From assembly GCF_000315625.1 (NCBI RefSeq), contig NW_005434604.1, forward strand, positions 248,001 to 312,000: a stretch of 64,000 nt of DNA, written 5' to 3'. Source of the stretch: Guillardia theta CCMP2712 (taxonomy: Eukaryota > Protista > Cryptophyta). The translations under genes were made by a program, and so were the position numbers. Below, in pieces: positions 10,704 through 24,624 of the stretch. The first letter of the stretch is position 1. Every line of letters begins with the position of its first letter. The notes beneath the pieces were generated by a model that was given only the letters and a program-made list of their open reading frames with translations, ran no database searches and was not told the DNA's origin.

Positions 10704-13700
10704 TTAATAGTTTGAACAGCATTTATCTTCAACACCTCCCACAAACCAGGAAAAAGCTAAGACTGCGACTAGAGATGTTTGCGCTGTAACTTCAAGCTCC
10801 CATGTAACGAAAGGTGTCAAGAATCTCCTGTGAATTGAGATTGACTCCTTTTGGTTCGCAGCCGAGGTGCGATCATTTTCAAGGATCGGGAAGGCGCTTG
10901 ACGCAGCAAAACTCAACACGATTTCGAATTTTTCATTGCATGAGTCATCGTATGACTCTGTACCTGTAAATGACACTTCTGTACACATGTAATACATTGC
11001 CCCAAAGAATAAACATTGTGTTGTAGATGGTCTTCTAGTTGCTATGACTGTCTTGTGTGATTAAGACACCATTGAAGGAGTCCAGAAATTGCCTCATTGT
11101 CCCCACTTTCACCTCTGGGGATGAATGTCTAGCATGCATTACTGCAATTCACTCAAACTTCAGTCCTCAACGTTTTGGAGAAGCAGGTAAATTGCAGATT
11201 CACGTATGTCCATCTTCTCGTCCCCTTTCTTTGACTAAATCAGTCAAGCTGCCTTGCAAATCAATTGCTCCTGGCCGAATCGCAAAAGCTTCAGAAGAAT
11301 TCTCTGCGGATTGATCCCCTATAAGGCTTAGCCTTGTCCTGTAGTGTTCTTCAAAAGGTGGGAGACTAGCTAAGTTTGAATTTTCTAACTGTTGAGGAAA
11401 CTCTGCAAAGCTGTTTGAACATTGAAAATCGCTGAGCAGTGAACGATTTCTCTGCAATACCGGATCTTGTGCTACATCGTCGTCTTCACTACTTGACATG
11501 TTTTCATGTTCGTACTGATCTGGCATGGGAATGTTCCCTTGCACATTTGTACCTCTTTTTAAGATATCTGGATCATCAGTTCCGATATTTCTTGCAGATT
11601 TTCTTTTGTTTGGACTGCTTGCTTGGAAATAGGCATTGATTTCCGGTTTGCTTCGAGTTTTCTTGGATTTTGTAGTGCCTTGATTGAATACAGGATTGTC
11701 TGCTTTAGCTGCAGCTGATGAAGCTTTCTTGCACATCTTTTCATATGCTTTTCGTAGCTCGCCTTCAGTGCGATTAAGAATCACCTGACCAAAAATCGTC
11801 AGAAACGAAATTCATTGCAGTAACAAAACCTTTTCGGATATCAAGTCAAATCTCTTTCCATAGTATTGCACTCCCTTTTGGAGCAGATGATTCTCTTGTT
11901 CAGTAAATTCTTTGGTACGATTCAACTTCCACTCCTTAATCTCGTTGTTCGCTTCATCCCTCCTTGTCAATTTCCGAAACCACTTCTTGATTTCATCTGC
12001 AGTCTACGTACAGTCAGACTTCAGCAGATTGATTCAATAAAGATATACTTTTGTTGGCAATACCCATTTCTGTATTTTTTCCCAGTCTGTTTCGTATCTT
12101 TTCAGCCCGGTGAGAAGTAAGCTCGTTTCTGCATTTGTGAATCCGCGCTGTTCGACAGGCTCCTTAACCGCTTTTGGGACCATAAGCTTCACATCAGGAT
12201 TGAAGTGACTGGATATTTGAATTCAGGATCCTAAAGACGGAGAAATCATGAAAGCATCCATCATACCTATCAAACATTTTCAAGATGTCTTGGGCTGTTT
12301 CGAATGCATTCATGTTTCTGGTTGAGCCTATCTCTCAAAGGTTACTAATGGTCATCCATCTGGCTTGACATAACCTTGATCATTCCTACTCTCTCCACTA
12401 CATCGTTCTGAAACATCCTGTAGAAGTTTGGGGACCAGATGAATTCCAGGTATTTTGAAAAAGCTGAATCGCGAATTTTGCCGAATTTGCATGCTCTGCG
12501 CCGAAGTTGTACTCGGTGCTATTGCAAATAAATTCAATCAGACTTCACTCTCAAACTCATTACCTATCGTATATTCAATCAAGTGTTGGACTGCCTTATC
12601 CTGCAATTTTCCCATTTCAGTGGTCACTTCCCAAACTCTGTACATCTCTGCAAGGCCATCATACCTGCACCCAGGTACAAGTCAGGATCGACAATTCCTA
12701 AGGCATACCAAAGATGAACTTACAAATCTTTGATAATCTGAGCATTTGATTTTCTATTTTCAGTATCGCAGCAATTGACAACATACTGTTGTGCTGCGAG
12801 CTGAAAGTATATTCTCATTTGGCATTGCAGTTGGAGAAATTGTTCTCGGGAAAACAATGAATTCGAAAAAAAATCCATCTCTGATTTGCCTTCTGTTTCA
12901 TCTGTAGCCTTGTCTCTGGACCCTCTCTTCCGCTTGCGCTTCGGCCGGTCGTCGATTAGAGTTGGATCGCTAGACGCACCAAGCTCTGTTGTTGCAGCAA
13001 CAGCAGATTCTTCCTCGAGCAATGCATTGAGTTCATGCTGAGAGACACTGATCTGCGCAAGTGAATCTATGATCAGAACAGTCTAAATATATCATCCATG
13101 TTACTTACAGGATGTTTTGGGTCCTCTAAATTGCCGTCATTTCCTTCAACATCAGGTACCTTGTTAACACAAATTACACACAGATATGGCAGGGCTTATG
13201 CTCACAAAGTCTTCATCGTCTTCATCTTCGTCATCCTCTGGTTCTGCTTGTCCCCATGCAACTGCAAGCAAACGACGGTACTCATCATTGGTGAAAGCAT
13301 TGCCCTGCAATTTGAAGTTATGAAAGAGCAAAGCCGAACAGCATCACATTCAAATCGCCCTTCTCGCTGGATGGCGACAAAGGATCTAGCGCTTTCTCGG
13401 CCCTGGCATTAACATTTGAGGGTTCATCAACCTCTCACATTCTTGACTCGTCCCGCACCTGTCTAGCTCCATGTCGGCTTCTGTCCATAGCTCGTCTGGA
13501 AGGCGCAAACGAGTTCTGGTTCTTCGGCTGATCAAGTCCGGGGATCTGTCTGATGGTATTGCTCTCTTAGAAAAGTTCTTCTTTTTCTTGGCTACAGAGC
13601 AAGTAGTGTTAGCGATGAGAGTAGTGGGCGTTGACACCTACAGTTTTCCAAAACATGCCGCAATCCTTCGAAAGAATCGCTTTCTTCATCGTCATCGTCA

Positions 13701-13780
13701 TCGGCAGCCGAAGGGTCTTTGAGCGGGTCATAGTCTTCATCTTCTGCACTATCAGACTGATCATTCAGGTCCACCTCCAT
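10704..13780 (-). CDS. GON4L/DUO3-like nuclear protein with SANT/Myb domain (multi-exon; 3' end uncertain)
   Basis: Acidic N-terminus MEVDLNDQSDSAEDEDYDP. ISRRTRTRLRL and FSREQFLQLQCQMRIYFQLAAQQY resemble conserved GON4L blocks. A Myb-like EQENHLLQKGVQYYGKRFDLISEK|VILNRTEGELRKAY lies at about 11740-11900. Confidence 0.65.
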
Positions 13781-15023
13781 GATTCTTCTTGCTCAGTGAC
13801 TCCCGTCAGTAGTCACTGCCAGGTGAACCTCTTGGTAAGGTTGCACGATAATCAAACTGAATGGAAGCACCTCATGAGAAACATGGCATCTCATCCCCCA
13901 TATCAGTCAGACCGTCTTCAATCCAGGCAGTTGCCAGTGCTTCTCTGCTCTTCTATTATCTTCTCTCCTTTCCTCTTCTCTTCTTATCTTCTCGTTTCGC
14001 CATTTCGCTCTTTCTCCCACCCTGCATCTTCCCGCCAATTGGCAGCCACAAACCTCTCAGCAAGGATGGTTTCAGTCCCCTTTGACCGGCCCCGGGTGAC
14101 TGCCGCGGCGGCCCGGCCCGGACCGTACGGACGGTGACTCCGAACTTACTCCCGGGCTGGCACTGAGTGGGATCGGTTCACTGTACGGTCACTCACAAAC
14201 GGTCTGATCACAGCGACTCAGAGGCGGGCTGCACTCTCCTGACTGAGTTATTTGTAAAAACCGCCGCAGGTATCCCCCTGGCGGCAAGTTGATTCAGTTG
14301 ACGGAATATTGACTTTATAGTAATGCTGACTCGGATGCAGACATGATATCAATCTTAATTGCAACAAGACAGTTTTGCTCAAGACCGAGTTTAATGCACA
14401 CGAAACTTGAAACCAGAATTGAGGAGCACATGAGAGATAGACTGTATGCTAGGATGTGAAACCCCAGCATCCCGGCAGACATGAGAAGACCTCAGCAAGA
14501 CGGTCGGACGGCTAGCCTCGGAAGGTCTCCTCTTCGTCCACGTACTACATTACCGCCCTGCCACGTAAGGACGTCTCTTGGTTTACAGGAGAGTTTTGTT
14601 AACTCGGCGCTATCTGACTGGCACGGCTGGCCCATGTGATCCATCCTCCCCCCGAGCTCCTAAAACCTAGCTCAGCCGCGACAACCCTGTGATTACTGAG
14701 CGGCTAGACGATTGGGTCGCGGCGCCGCCGCGGGCAGCAGTGAAACCTCATTAAAAATCCGCTGACCCTCACTGTGCGGCCCGGCATTCTGAACGGTCCG
14801 GGGCGGCACAGTACCCACCCATCCGATCGGATGCACCTCCGGGGTCGCAGGATCGCTTCCCGAGAAACATTTGGACTTCAATTCAATGACTGTAGCAAAA
14901 TGGCAGTGACTACCAAGAATAATTTACTCAAGTCGAAAACAATTGTGATAGATACTGAATCATACATATTTTATGTATAGTTTATAGCAAAAAACATCAG
15001 GCAGGAGGCGACTAGGAGGATTC

Positions 15024-17744
15024 ATGGGGACACGGCTGTCAGCCATACGCATGCAGGGAGGAATGTCCGCTGTGACGCTCATGCTGATGCTGGCGATGTT
15101 GTCATGTCTGTCGGGGTCACATGGCGTAGACGAAGAGACATCGATAACACGAGATGACACCTGCAACTCTGATTCATGCAGCTCCGAAAGTATCCGATAC
15201 GAGTTCCAAGTTGCTGCCTGCACGATATTCCGCGATGAGGATCGTTTTCTCTCAGAATGGTTGTCATTTCATCTCTGTACAGGCATCGAGCATTTCTTCT
15301 TGTTTTTTGACAGGCCCAGCGACTTCTGCTTCCAAGAGATCTTGCAGCCGTACGTTGCCAGCGGCCTTGTTACAGTGGCTCAAGCAGTCAACGTGAGGGA
15401 TCCTCAAATTCCGACGTACAATCTCTGCGTAGAGCGATACTCTAGGAGAGCAAGGTAAGATCAAGACCTCGCAAGCGTCTCTTGAGGCGGCTGATCCTCT
15501 CGTTCTCAGGTGGTTGGCCTTCATAGACGTCGACGAGTTCCTCTTCCCTTCCAACTCCTCTCAGACTCTTCCGGAGGTGCTCGAGAGGTTTGTAGACTAT
15601 GGCGGCGTCGTGGTGCCATGGACGCTGTTCGGCTCGTCAGGACACATCCGTCCGCCACAGGGGCTTGTGATTGAGAGCTACACGCAGCGGAGAGCGAAGG
15701 CTGAGTGCAACGGAGACACATGCGCGTATAAGGTGATCGCTCAAGGAGAGAGGATCTCAGCGTGCGACGTTCACAACCATTACTACAAGGATGGATACTT
15801 TGCGGTGAACGAGCAAGGAGTGCGTATGCATGACGACTCTTCTCTCCTGCCGACAGAGAGCGAGGATGGAGACTTCACCAGCAACCTGTTACGGTTGCAC
15901 CATTACAAGACGAAATCCCTGGCGGATGCCATGTGGAAGCACTTGAACAAGGACGGAGTCAACGCCCAGCACAGCGAGAGCTTGAACCCGAAGACGAGGA
16001 GTGGGATAGAGCGATGGTTCCAGAGCTCGGACTACAACGAGGTGCAGGACGAGTCCGCTCTTGCTTGGCTGCCTTGTGTGCGGCGAACCACGAGCCGTAT
16101 GAGGATGCGGATGTCGAGAGAAGGGCAGGAGTGCGAGCACAAGGTGAGAGCAGAGGATGCGCTAGAGACAGCTGAGAAGAAAGAGCCGGCGGGAAGCAGC
16201 AGCCCCGAGGTCTCGTCGGAAGCTGGCAGGTCGTTCACCCTTGTGTCCGCCTACTACCCGGTGAAGGCTGGGAGGGGGAGGGGAAGGAGGAGTGACGTGG
16301 GATGGCGGCATGACTGTCAGGTGCCATCGAAACGAGCAGCGGAGGTCTACGAGCAGTGGATGATGAACTTCTTCGAGTACGTCGAGAGCCCCATCGGTCT
16401 GGAGCTGGGCTTGTGGTGGAGTCAGCTGAAGTCTGTGCTGCAGTGGTATTCACGAACGCGATGGGATGGAGACTGCTGGAGAAGCTGAGGCTACAGAGAG
16501 AGAGTGAGGGTGCGAGGGACATCTGAGATGACGATGACGATGCTGTTTGCAGACGTCAAGGTGCTTATGTTAGAGATGCAAGATTTCTTCGTGTACAAGT
16601 GGAAGGATGACTTCGTCCAACACTATGAGATGGACGACGAGAAGGTCAAGTCTTGTCTGTGAAATGCTTCCTTTTCTCCGCTCTCGCGCGTGGTTGATGG
16701 TGGCGTTCGGGCGATCTCTAGTGCACCATGATGTGTCATCATCTCTGACGTGTCTGACTCACTGCTGCAGTATCACTCACCTGAGCTGTATATGGTTTGG
16801 AACGAGAAGACGTCTTTCCTTCTCCGCGTTATCGAGATGAACCCCTTCAAGTCCCCTCGCCTCGTTTCTGTGCTACCCGTGACGGCAGCGGCAGCTCCGA
16901 CACCTTTCTCTGGGTGGATGCGGGGATCTTCCGGAAGAGAAAGGAGATGGAGATGTACAGAAGGTGGCCGAGCAGCCGAGGGCTGTCGAAGATACCGCAG
17001 GACAAGGTGAGAGAGGCAGGAGGAGGGGGGGGGGAGGAAGGGGAGGTAGAGAGAGGAAGGAGCATGAAGGGAAGGAGGAAGACGATAGTGAGGAAGGAGG
17101 GGGAGGATGGTGAGGAAGGAGTGGAGAGCTGATGGTGCTGTTGCTTGCAGATTGTGCTGTTGCAGATCGAGCCCTTCACGCCCGAAGAGATGACGTCGCT
17201 AGAGAATCTCGGACCAGACTACTCGCCTGTTGTCAGGTAGCTGAGGGGAGCAGGAGGGTGAGGGGGAGAGGAAGAGCAGTAGCAGCTACAGGATGAGCAG
17301 CAGAAACAAGTGAAAGAGCACGGAAAGAGGAGCAGGTGGCGTGTGACGGGAGTTGGGGTGGGGGTTGTTGACTGTGAAAGGAATGGAGGGTGGACTCACT
17401 AATCCTCGCTGTACGGCAGGTTAGGTGGTGGTATCTTTGGAGGGAGGACAGAGGCGATCAAAGTTTGTCGTCTGACTTCAAGTGTTGCGCTTGCTGACTC
17501 GGTTCACAGCGATGGGGAAGGCTCTTCTACAACATGGTGGACAGCTACATCAAGAGAGGGCGATTTGCTGGCAAGGATCAGAACATGTTTGCAACAGTGA
17601 GTGCGCTACTCCTCTCAACCCTCCCTTCTTCGTATGATGCACATGCAGGTTTGTCTCTTCAATCCTGACATCTGTCATCTTGTCTCGCCTCCGCCTACTC
17701 ATCATGATCATTGGATGTATCTGAAGGAGTACCTGAGAGACTGA
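15024..17744 (+). CDS. Secreted/membrane glycosyltransferase family 92 (DUF23)-like + HtrL/YibB-like fusion, copy A
   Basis: Hydrophobic leader, then GT92-type motifs AACTIFRDEDRFLSEWLSFH..GIEHFFLF and WLAFIDVDEFL. HtrL/YibB-type motifs follow: TLVSAYYP, YHSPELYMVWNEK, FLWVDAG, GGGIFGG, FAGKDQ. Stop TGA at 17742-17744. Confidence 0.75.
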
Positions 17745-17877
17745 GTGCAATCTTGCGTGATGTAGTTTATGTTATTGATTTGCTTGTAATGTAGTTTCCT
17801 CTTTCACTTAGAAACAAGCAGCAGCTCTCACTCCTCAACATCATTGCAACATCCACACACGAAGATTGAACCAGCAC
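15198..17877 (+). repeat. Left arm of a ~2.6-kb inverted duplication (partner 25855-28465)
   Basis: Near-identical reverse-complement match including introns and 3' UTR, except 17173-17552. Confidence 0.92.
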
Positions 17878-17955
17878 ACCATCAAACTCTCCCCTCGCCT
17901 CAGCCCTTGAAGCTCCATGACCCCCTCCTCCCGCTCTTCCTCCTGCTCTCCTCCT

Positions 17956-20900
17956 TCACCAGGAGCCCTTGGCCAAGACGTCGGAGGCCGCGTACTTGCC
18001 AAGGATGAAGTCACCCATAGCCAACCTGATCCTCTCGCACGAGGCCGGCGTGTCCATTCGGAAGTGACCCTCCTTCCCAGCGTCTCTCCTCGCCGCCCCC
18101 ACCGCTTCACGGATGGCGTTGAAGACGGAGATGGCGAGGTTGAGGGGAGGTTCTCCGACGCCCTTGGACGAGTAGATGGTCCTCCTGTTGGGGCAGTTCT
18201 CGAAGAGTTTGACCCGCATGTCGATCGGGATGTCGTTGGCGGAAGGGATCTTGTACGTCGACGGGCCCCGGGTGAAGAGCTGGCCGTTGTTCATCCACAC
18301 CAGCTCCTCTAGCGTGAAGAGCCCCATCCCCTGCACGAAGGCTCCCTCCACCTGCCCCACGTCCACCGCCGGGTTGAGCGAGTCGCCCACGTCATGCAGG
18401 ATGTCAGCCCGGAGCGTCGAGAAGTCTCCGGTCAGCACGTCCACTTCCACCTCCGAGCACGCGACCCCGTAGGCGAAGTAGTGGAAGGCCCGACCCTCTC
18501 CCGTCTGGAAGTTGTATCCGATGTCAGGCGTCTTGTAGAAGCCATGGGCCGTCAGGTCCACCCGGTCCAGCCATGCCGCCATGGCGATCTCCGCGAGCGT
18601 CGCCCCAGGCTTCGCCTGCCTGAACCTCTCGAGCCGGGCCGCGATCTGCTTGCACGCGTCCTGCACGGCGAAGCCGTTGAGATCCGCACCGACGGACGCG
18701 GCGGTCGGGTGAGTGTTGGCGCACTTGTCGGTTGCGGTCTCAGTCACGAAGACTTTGTCCAGCGAGACCCCCAGCTCGGACGCGGCGATCTGACACATCT
18801 TGGTGTGCAGCCCCTGCCCCATCTCGGTGCCTCCGTGCGAGACCAAGACGGTCCCGTCCGTGTAGACGTGGACGAGCGCCGAAGCCTGCGAGGGGAGTGA
18901 GGAGGAAGAGAGGGAGAGAGGGAGAGAGAGAGATGAACAAGAGAGGAGACAAAGCGGGGGAACCAACAGAGAGGGCAGGAACGGAGGAAGGGAGGGAGAG
19001 AGGGAGGGAGGAGGTTGAAAGGAGGAGTGCAGGGGATCACGAATGAGCGAGGACCTGGTTCATGAACTTGGCAGTGAATGACATTCCGAACTTGACAGGC
19101 ATCATGCTGATTCCTCTCTTCTTCCACTTGTTCTTCTTGTTGAACTCATCCACCTCAGCTCGCCTCCTCGTGTAGTCGCAGCTGGACTGCAGCTCGGCCC
19201 ACATCTCCCGCAGGTGGCAGTCGACCAGCTCCTGCCGGTAGGGGGTGACGCCTCCTCTCGTGGGGTAAAGGTTCTTCGCTCGAATTTCGTCAGCATGCAC
19301 CCCAAGCTCTCTTGCCACGTGCTCCATGTAGGCCTCGCAGGCCATCATGCCTTGGGGGCCGCCAAAGCCTCGGAAGGCGGTGTTGGAGGGGAGGTTGGTG
19401 CGGCAGACCCTGCCAGTCACTCGGACGTTGGGGATGCTGTAGGCATTCTCGATGTGGAACATGGCGCGCTCGAGGACAGGGCGGGAGAGGTCCAACGACA
19501 TCCCCCCGTTGCTGTACAGCTTCACGTCCACCGCTGTAATGAGCCCATCCTTGTTGAAGCCCACCTTGTACTTGGACAGGAACGGGTGCCGTTGCCCGGA
19601 GATGCACATGTCGTGATCGCGGTCGAGCATGATCCGCACAGAGCGGTTGAGCTTCTTGGCAGCGACGGCGCAGGCCATGCTGATAAAGACGTTCCTCGTC
19701 TCCTTGCCGCCGAAGCCTCCTCCCATCCTCTTCACCTTGCACACAACCTTGGCCTTGGGGATGCCGAGGACGTGGGCAACGTAGTTGGCGGTCTTGGTGG
19801 GGTTCTGGGAGGAAGTGTGGACGATGAACTCGTTGTTTTCACCGGGCACGACGAGTGAAGCCTGAGTCTCGAGGTAGAAGTGCTCCTGCCCTCCGATGCG
19901 AACCTCTCCGCTGCCATACTGACGTGTCAGGTGCTATAGAGGTAAGACGAGCACATGCTGAGAGGACTAGGGAGATGGGGAGGAAACATTCAGGTACAGA
20001 TAGCATACGGAGAGGGGGCAAGAAAGGAGACGATCGAGCACAAGGCGCCTGGCAGCATGGACAGAGATTTGCTCTCCTCAATTCTCTCACCTGATCTGCT
20101 TCTCTGCCTTTGCCATGGCCTCGTCGACGTTTCCACTCTCAATCTTGCCCTCGTCCCCGATGAAGCTCTCCGCAGCGACTGCCTCCTCGATGGAAAGGAT
20201 GGCGTCCAGCACCTCGTACTCCACCTTCACCATGCTCGCCGCCTGTCGCGCGAGGATCGCAGAGTCTGCGACGACGATACCGATCACTTGCCCGGTCGTG
20301 AAGACTTCCTTGGTCGCAAAGACCTCCTCGTCCCAGATCACCGCCCCGAAGACGTTGTTCCCTTCCACGTCCTTGTGGTCGAAGTAGCCGTGTACTCCAG
20401 CCAGCGCTAGAGCAGGCGAGGGATCCACCGACACGAGCCTGGCTCGGGACTTCTGGCTCAGCACAAGTCCACCATAGAGCCCACCAGGAGGGTTGGGCAT
20501 GTCGTCGACGTACACCGCCTCTCCAGTCACGTGCAAGTCTCCAGCTAGGTGCTTGACAGCCTTGCCGACTCCTCCCTCCACGTCGAACGGGCCCGTCATC
20601 GCCTGACCGGCTGGGTCCATGATGATCTTGTGACCTGTCTCAGTGTAGTGCTGCAACCCGCTGCTCACCGGCCGGCTGTAGGGGATCCCCGCGCTCTGTT
20701 CAGCCGGGTCGACAGCAGCAGGAGCGATCTGCTGGAGGACGAAGATACCGAATTTGAAGAGGAAGCTGGCGCTCAGAGTCTTTCGGAACTCGATCATCCC
20801 TCCCGGCGCGTTGTCGGCGAGCGGGAGATCGTCGGGGAGGACCTCAAGAGCCTGACGGATGAGCTCGTGACTCATCGTCTTACCCTTCAGAAACTCTTCC

Positions 20901-23268
20901 GTCTTCTTCGCGTTCACCGAGCTCGCGGCCATGCCACCGTAGGCAAGACCGCAGTCAACAACCACGAAGCCTTCGGGTTTCTGCTCGAGGCGGACGCGAA
21001 GGCCGGCAGTGACGATGGCGATATCGTCGTCCCTCCTGCGAGAGACCTTGTAGCCTTGCGAGAACTCCATCGGCTTCGTCTCAGGAACGAAGACTGAGAG
21101 AAGGAGCTCGTCCGGCCCGAGGTGAGTCTGCCTGTACATCCGTTCCTTGAAGAACTCCTTGGCAGAGATCTCCCTGGTCGACCCGTCGACCTTGATGAGA
21201 GTCAGGACAGCACCGCACGCCATCAGCACCGGGTTGAGGTCTGAGATGGGGGAGGCGTTGCAGATGTTGCCTCCTATGGCCGCCACGTTCCTAATCGGCG
21301 TCCCCGCAAACCACCGGAGCTGCTGCAGCATGGCCTTGAAGTTGTACGTCGAGTGTTCCTCCTTGCTGGCCAGCAGCTGGTTCAGGTGGTCGTAGATCCT
21401 TGACAGGGTCACAGCAGATCCTATGTGGACCCCGTTGGATAGATTTCTCAGCTCGTTCATCTCGGGGACGTGCGTGGTGCACACGAGGACCTCCCAGTTG
21501 GAGCTACGGAACTTGCGCTCGATCTCCAGCTCGGAGTTGCCGACGACGATCTTTGCGGCAGGGTGTTGGGCCTGTCAAACACACTCACTCATGTCCATAA
21601 AAGCGTCCTCCTCTCCACCTTCAGCGCCAGCAGGCTGCTCATTGAGGTCGGGCGATACCATGTACACCTGTAGGCAGAGAATCAGCAAGTCTGTTATATC
21701 AACTCGTCCGCCTGCTGCTGCTGCTGCTGCTGATGCCCTCTTCTCCCATCCTTCTTCCTTCCTCCTCAGCACCACACTATCCTCTTCCCTCGTTCCTCCT
21801 CACCTGGAGCCTTGGAACTGGAGGTCGCGCGAGGAATATTTTGACTGTGAGGCGTGTCAAGACTCATGGAGGGCAGCAGAGGGACGAAAGGATACCGGCA
21901 GGAGCTGCGGAGGGAATTCCATTTCGCTACTCGGGTTGTACGGCGCCGGAGACGTTCCATTGCAGCAGCCGTTGCTCTTTGCCGATTTTTCCTCACTTTC
22001 ACCGGGACAGAAGGTCTGAGGAAAGCTATTTCAGCGGGGATGGAACAAAGTCTGAAATTGTAACGCAAGTTCGTGCAGAAATCGCATGATGAGAAAGAAC
22101 AAGTTTGATACCTTGAAGGCTTCAAGAATCGGTCGATATCCCGTACATCTACACAAGTTTCCATCGATGCAGTGCTCGACCTAGATGCAACCATAAGCTG
22201 AAAAAGACATGCTACTTCTCCTTCACCTCATGCTCGTTTGGCGTTGGGTTGTTTCGCAACAGGGAGTACATGGACATCACAAAACCTGCGATCGACAAGT
22301 CAGAACATTTCCACCACCCACTCCAAGTCGAACCCGGCGTGCAGAATCCGCACTGAGAACCATGCTTGTCCGACAACTGAAACAAGATTCAGTGCACGCA
22401 GCAAAACAGCTTGACGGGGCACCCGCTTCTGCACAGGATGCAGCCCGATCTTGGAATTTCCGATCCCTTCTACTGTGACTACATGACATCTGATTTGACT
22501 GGTCAGGTCAAACATAAAGTTGCTGCCCTCCTGCTCACCCTTCCATTGCACACACTGGGGTGATACAGGCATTGACCGCCCGATGTACAACCTACACCAT
22601 AGGGTCAAGATACAATCACTCTTCATCATCATCATCATCATCATTATCATCGCCGTCATCATCATCATCATCTCAATTGCCGTCTACATCCTCCTCCTCC
22701 TTCCCCACCTTCTGTGAGGCGGGATCGTAGTGAGACGACGAGACAGTGCAGGCGCCACATCCTCCTGTGAGACAAGTCAAGACAAGAACAAGAGGACAGC
22801 AAGGCTGCACACCTTCACCGCAGCCAAGTTTCGTGCCAGTGAGCCCCACAGATCTCAACCATGTCAACAGAGTCTAGAGATAAAGATAGTCTCATCAGTC
22901 ACATTCTGCGTGGGGGGGGATGGAAAATTAAGAAGCTGAGCAAGCGCAAGAGGGAGAGGGAAGGGGAAGGAGGGGAGTTAGGAAGTGTGTCGAATGGTAT
23001 TGAAGAGAGGGAGCGAGCATGTCACCTGGTCCGGTTGAAAGTCTTGCATGGGTTTAAGCTTGTACTCCTTGCCATTTACAAAGAGATAGAGCTGCGGTCA
23101 GGTCAGCCTCTACGTCGCACGCAGCATGCGTATTTACATCCTTCTGAATGCCAGCATCCTTGAGTGCCAGGCCATCCTGGAAGTTTGATTACAACAGCAC
23201 TAGGCGTCAGAGCAACTCACGATCTTGCTGCCTGTAGCAACCTCAACAGCTCCAGCCGGGGGTGCCAT
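17956..23268 (-). CDS. XDH: Xanthine dehydrogenase/oxidase (multi-exon)
   Basis: 2Fe-2S motifs GTKLGCGEG|[15 protein letters not shown] and [15 protein letters not shown] domain [26 protein letters not shown]. Moco domain [19 protein letters not shown] and [10 protein letters not shown]; the Glu/Arg substrate residues are those of XDH rather than aldehyde oxidase. Probable ATG at 23268 ([10 protein letters not shown]). Confidence 0.95.
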
Positions 23269-23849
23269 GTCAATTCTCCTGCAACGAAGGTTAACCTCAA
23301 TTTCACCGCACTTCAGCGAAGAGATCAGACGGCATCAACAAGTCAGCAAGTAAGCATTCCATGGCGACTGTTAGACTACACGTGCCCTATATTCAACCAT
23401 ATCCTCGCAGACTACACCTACAACACCCGCGTCGCCTTGGGATTTTGCTGCTAGTCATTTCCTTAGCAATAAGAGACTGCCGATGAAGAACACACGGATA
23501 AACACAGATGAGACATTTCTTCATCGTTAATCAAACCATCTCTGTGATCGTATATGTGCAGCAAATGTTCCATTGGTCGTAAGCGCGGTCAACACAATGC
23601 AAGATCTCCAGCAACGAGATTCCAAAATTACAGTTTGGGAAAGTGCATGGGGGAAGAAGGATGTGTGGGATGCGAATGCACTATGACAATAAGAGAACCA
23701 GGGAGATTTTGAGCTCTCTCGTATGAGTGAGCTGTCAGATTGCAAGACGGAACAAGAATGAAGAAGATTGGATGAAGGTGCAGCAACCTCGATGCTTTTG
23801 TGCGTGAGCGAGAACGTCGGGGTGCAACAGATCGCATCACGCTCACATG

Positions 23850-23895
23850 TATGGAGAGGAGCAGCATGGAGAGGAGCAGCATGGAGAGGAGCAGG
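23850..23895 (+). repeat. 15-bp tandem repeat ATGGAGAGGAGCAGC x3
   Basis: Seen directly. Confidence 0.85.
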
Positions 23896-24624
23896 CCAGC
23901 AAAAGGATGTTAGGAAACAAGCATGATCGCTGGGTAAGGAGCATGGGAGCATGGGAGGCGAGCATAGGACGACGACGACGAGGAAGTCGGGCAAGCATTG
24001 AGATGAAGCTCCTTGAGGCAGACCGACAGTCCCGTTGACCTCTTTGCGGCAATACCCCACCCCCTATATAGCACGGATGCAGGGTTCTTGGGCTCTTACA
24101 TACAGGTGGGGTGGTGGTCAATGCTCCTTGTGAGTGCAGCACCACTGCTATAACAAAGTTTTGGAGGTAGGTACTAATTTCTTGTCAGTACAAATAATAT
24201 ATATATAAACTTTCATGGTATTAAAATTAGCCCTGACAGAAGAATTATCGGGGCCAAAAACAATTTTATTTGGGTATTGACATTGAAATATCAACTCCAA
24301 AGAAACATGTTGTCCTCACATTTGTACAAAATATTTTATTTTATAGTACTTTTTAGTTTTAATTTTGTGTATATTACTATCAAAAGTTTTAATTGACTTT
24401 GTGATTTAAAATAAAAAGCACTACCGGTAGCCAACCTTGAATGCGTATACATCATTTTTAGGACCCCTTGGATTGTTTTTTTGCACCCATATCATCAGTA
24501 CCCCCTCATTCACTACTTACCTTTACCCGTTCTGTGACAACTACCCTACCCCCCTTACTCGGGTAGAAAGTACCCCTACGATTCGGCTTGGTGAACTCAC
24601 AAAATGGATCCACACACATCTCAA

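Noticed and set aside
17917-22019. Long plus-strand ORFs overlapping XDH
   Set aside because: Antisense shadows of GC3-rich coding sequence with no recognisable motifs.
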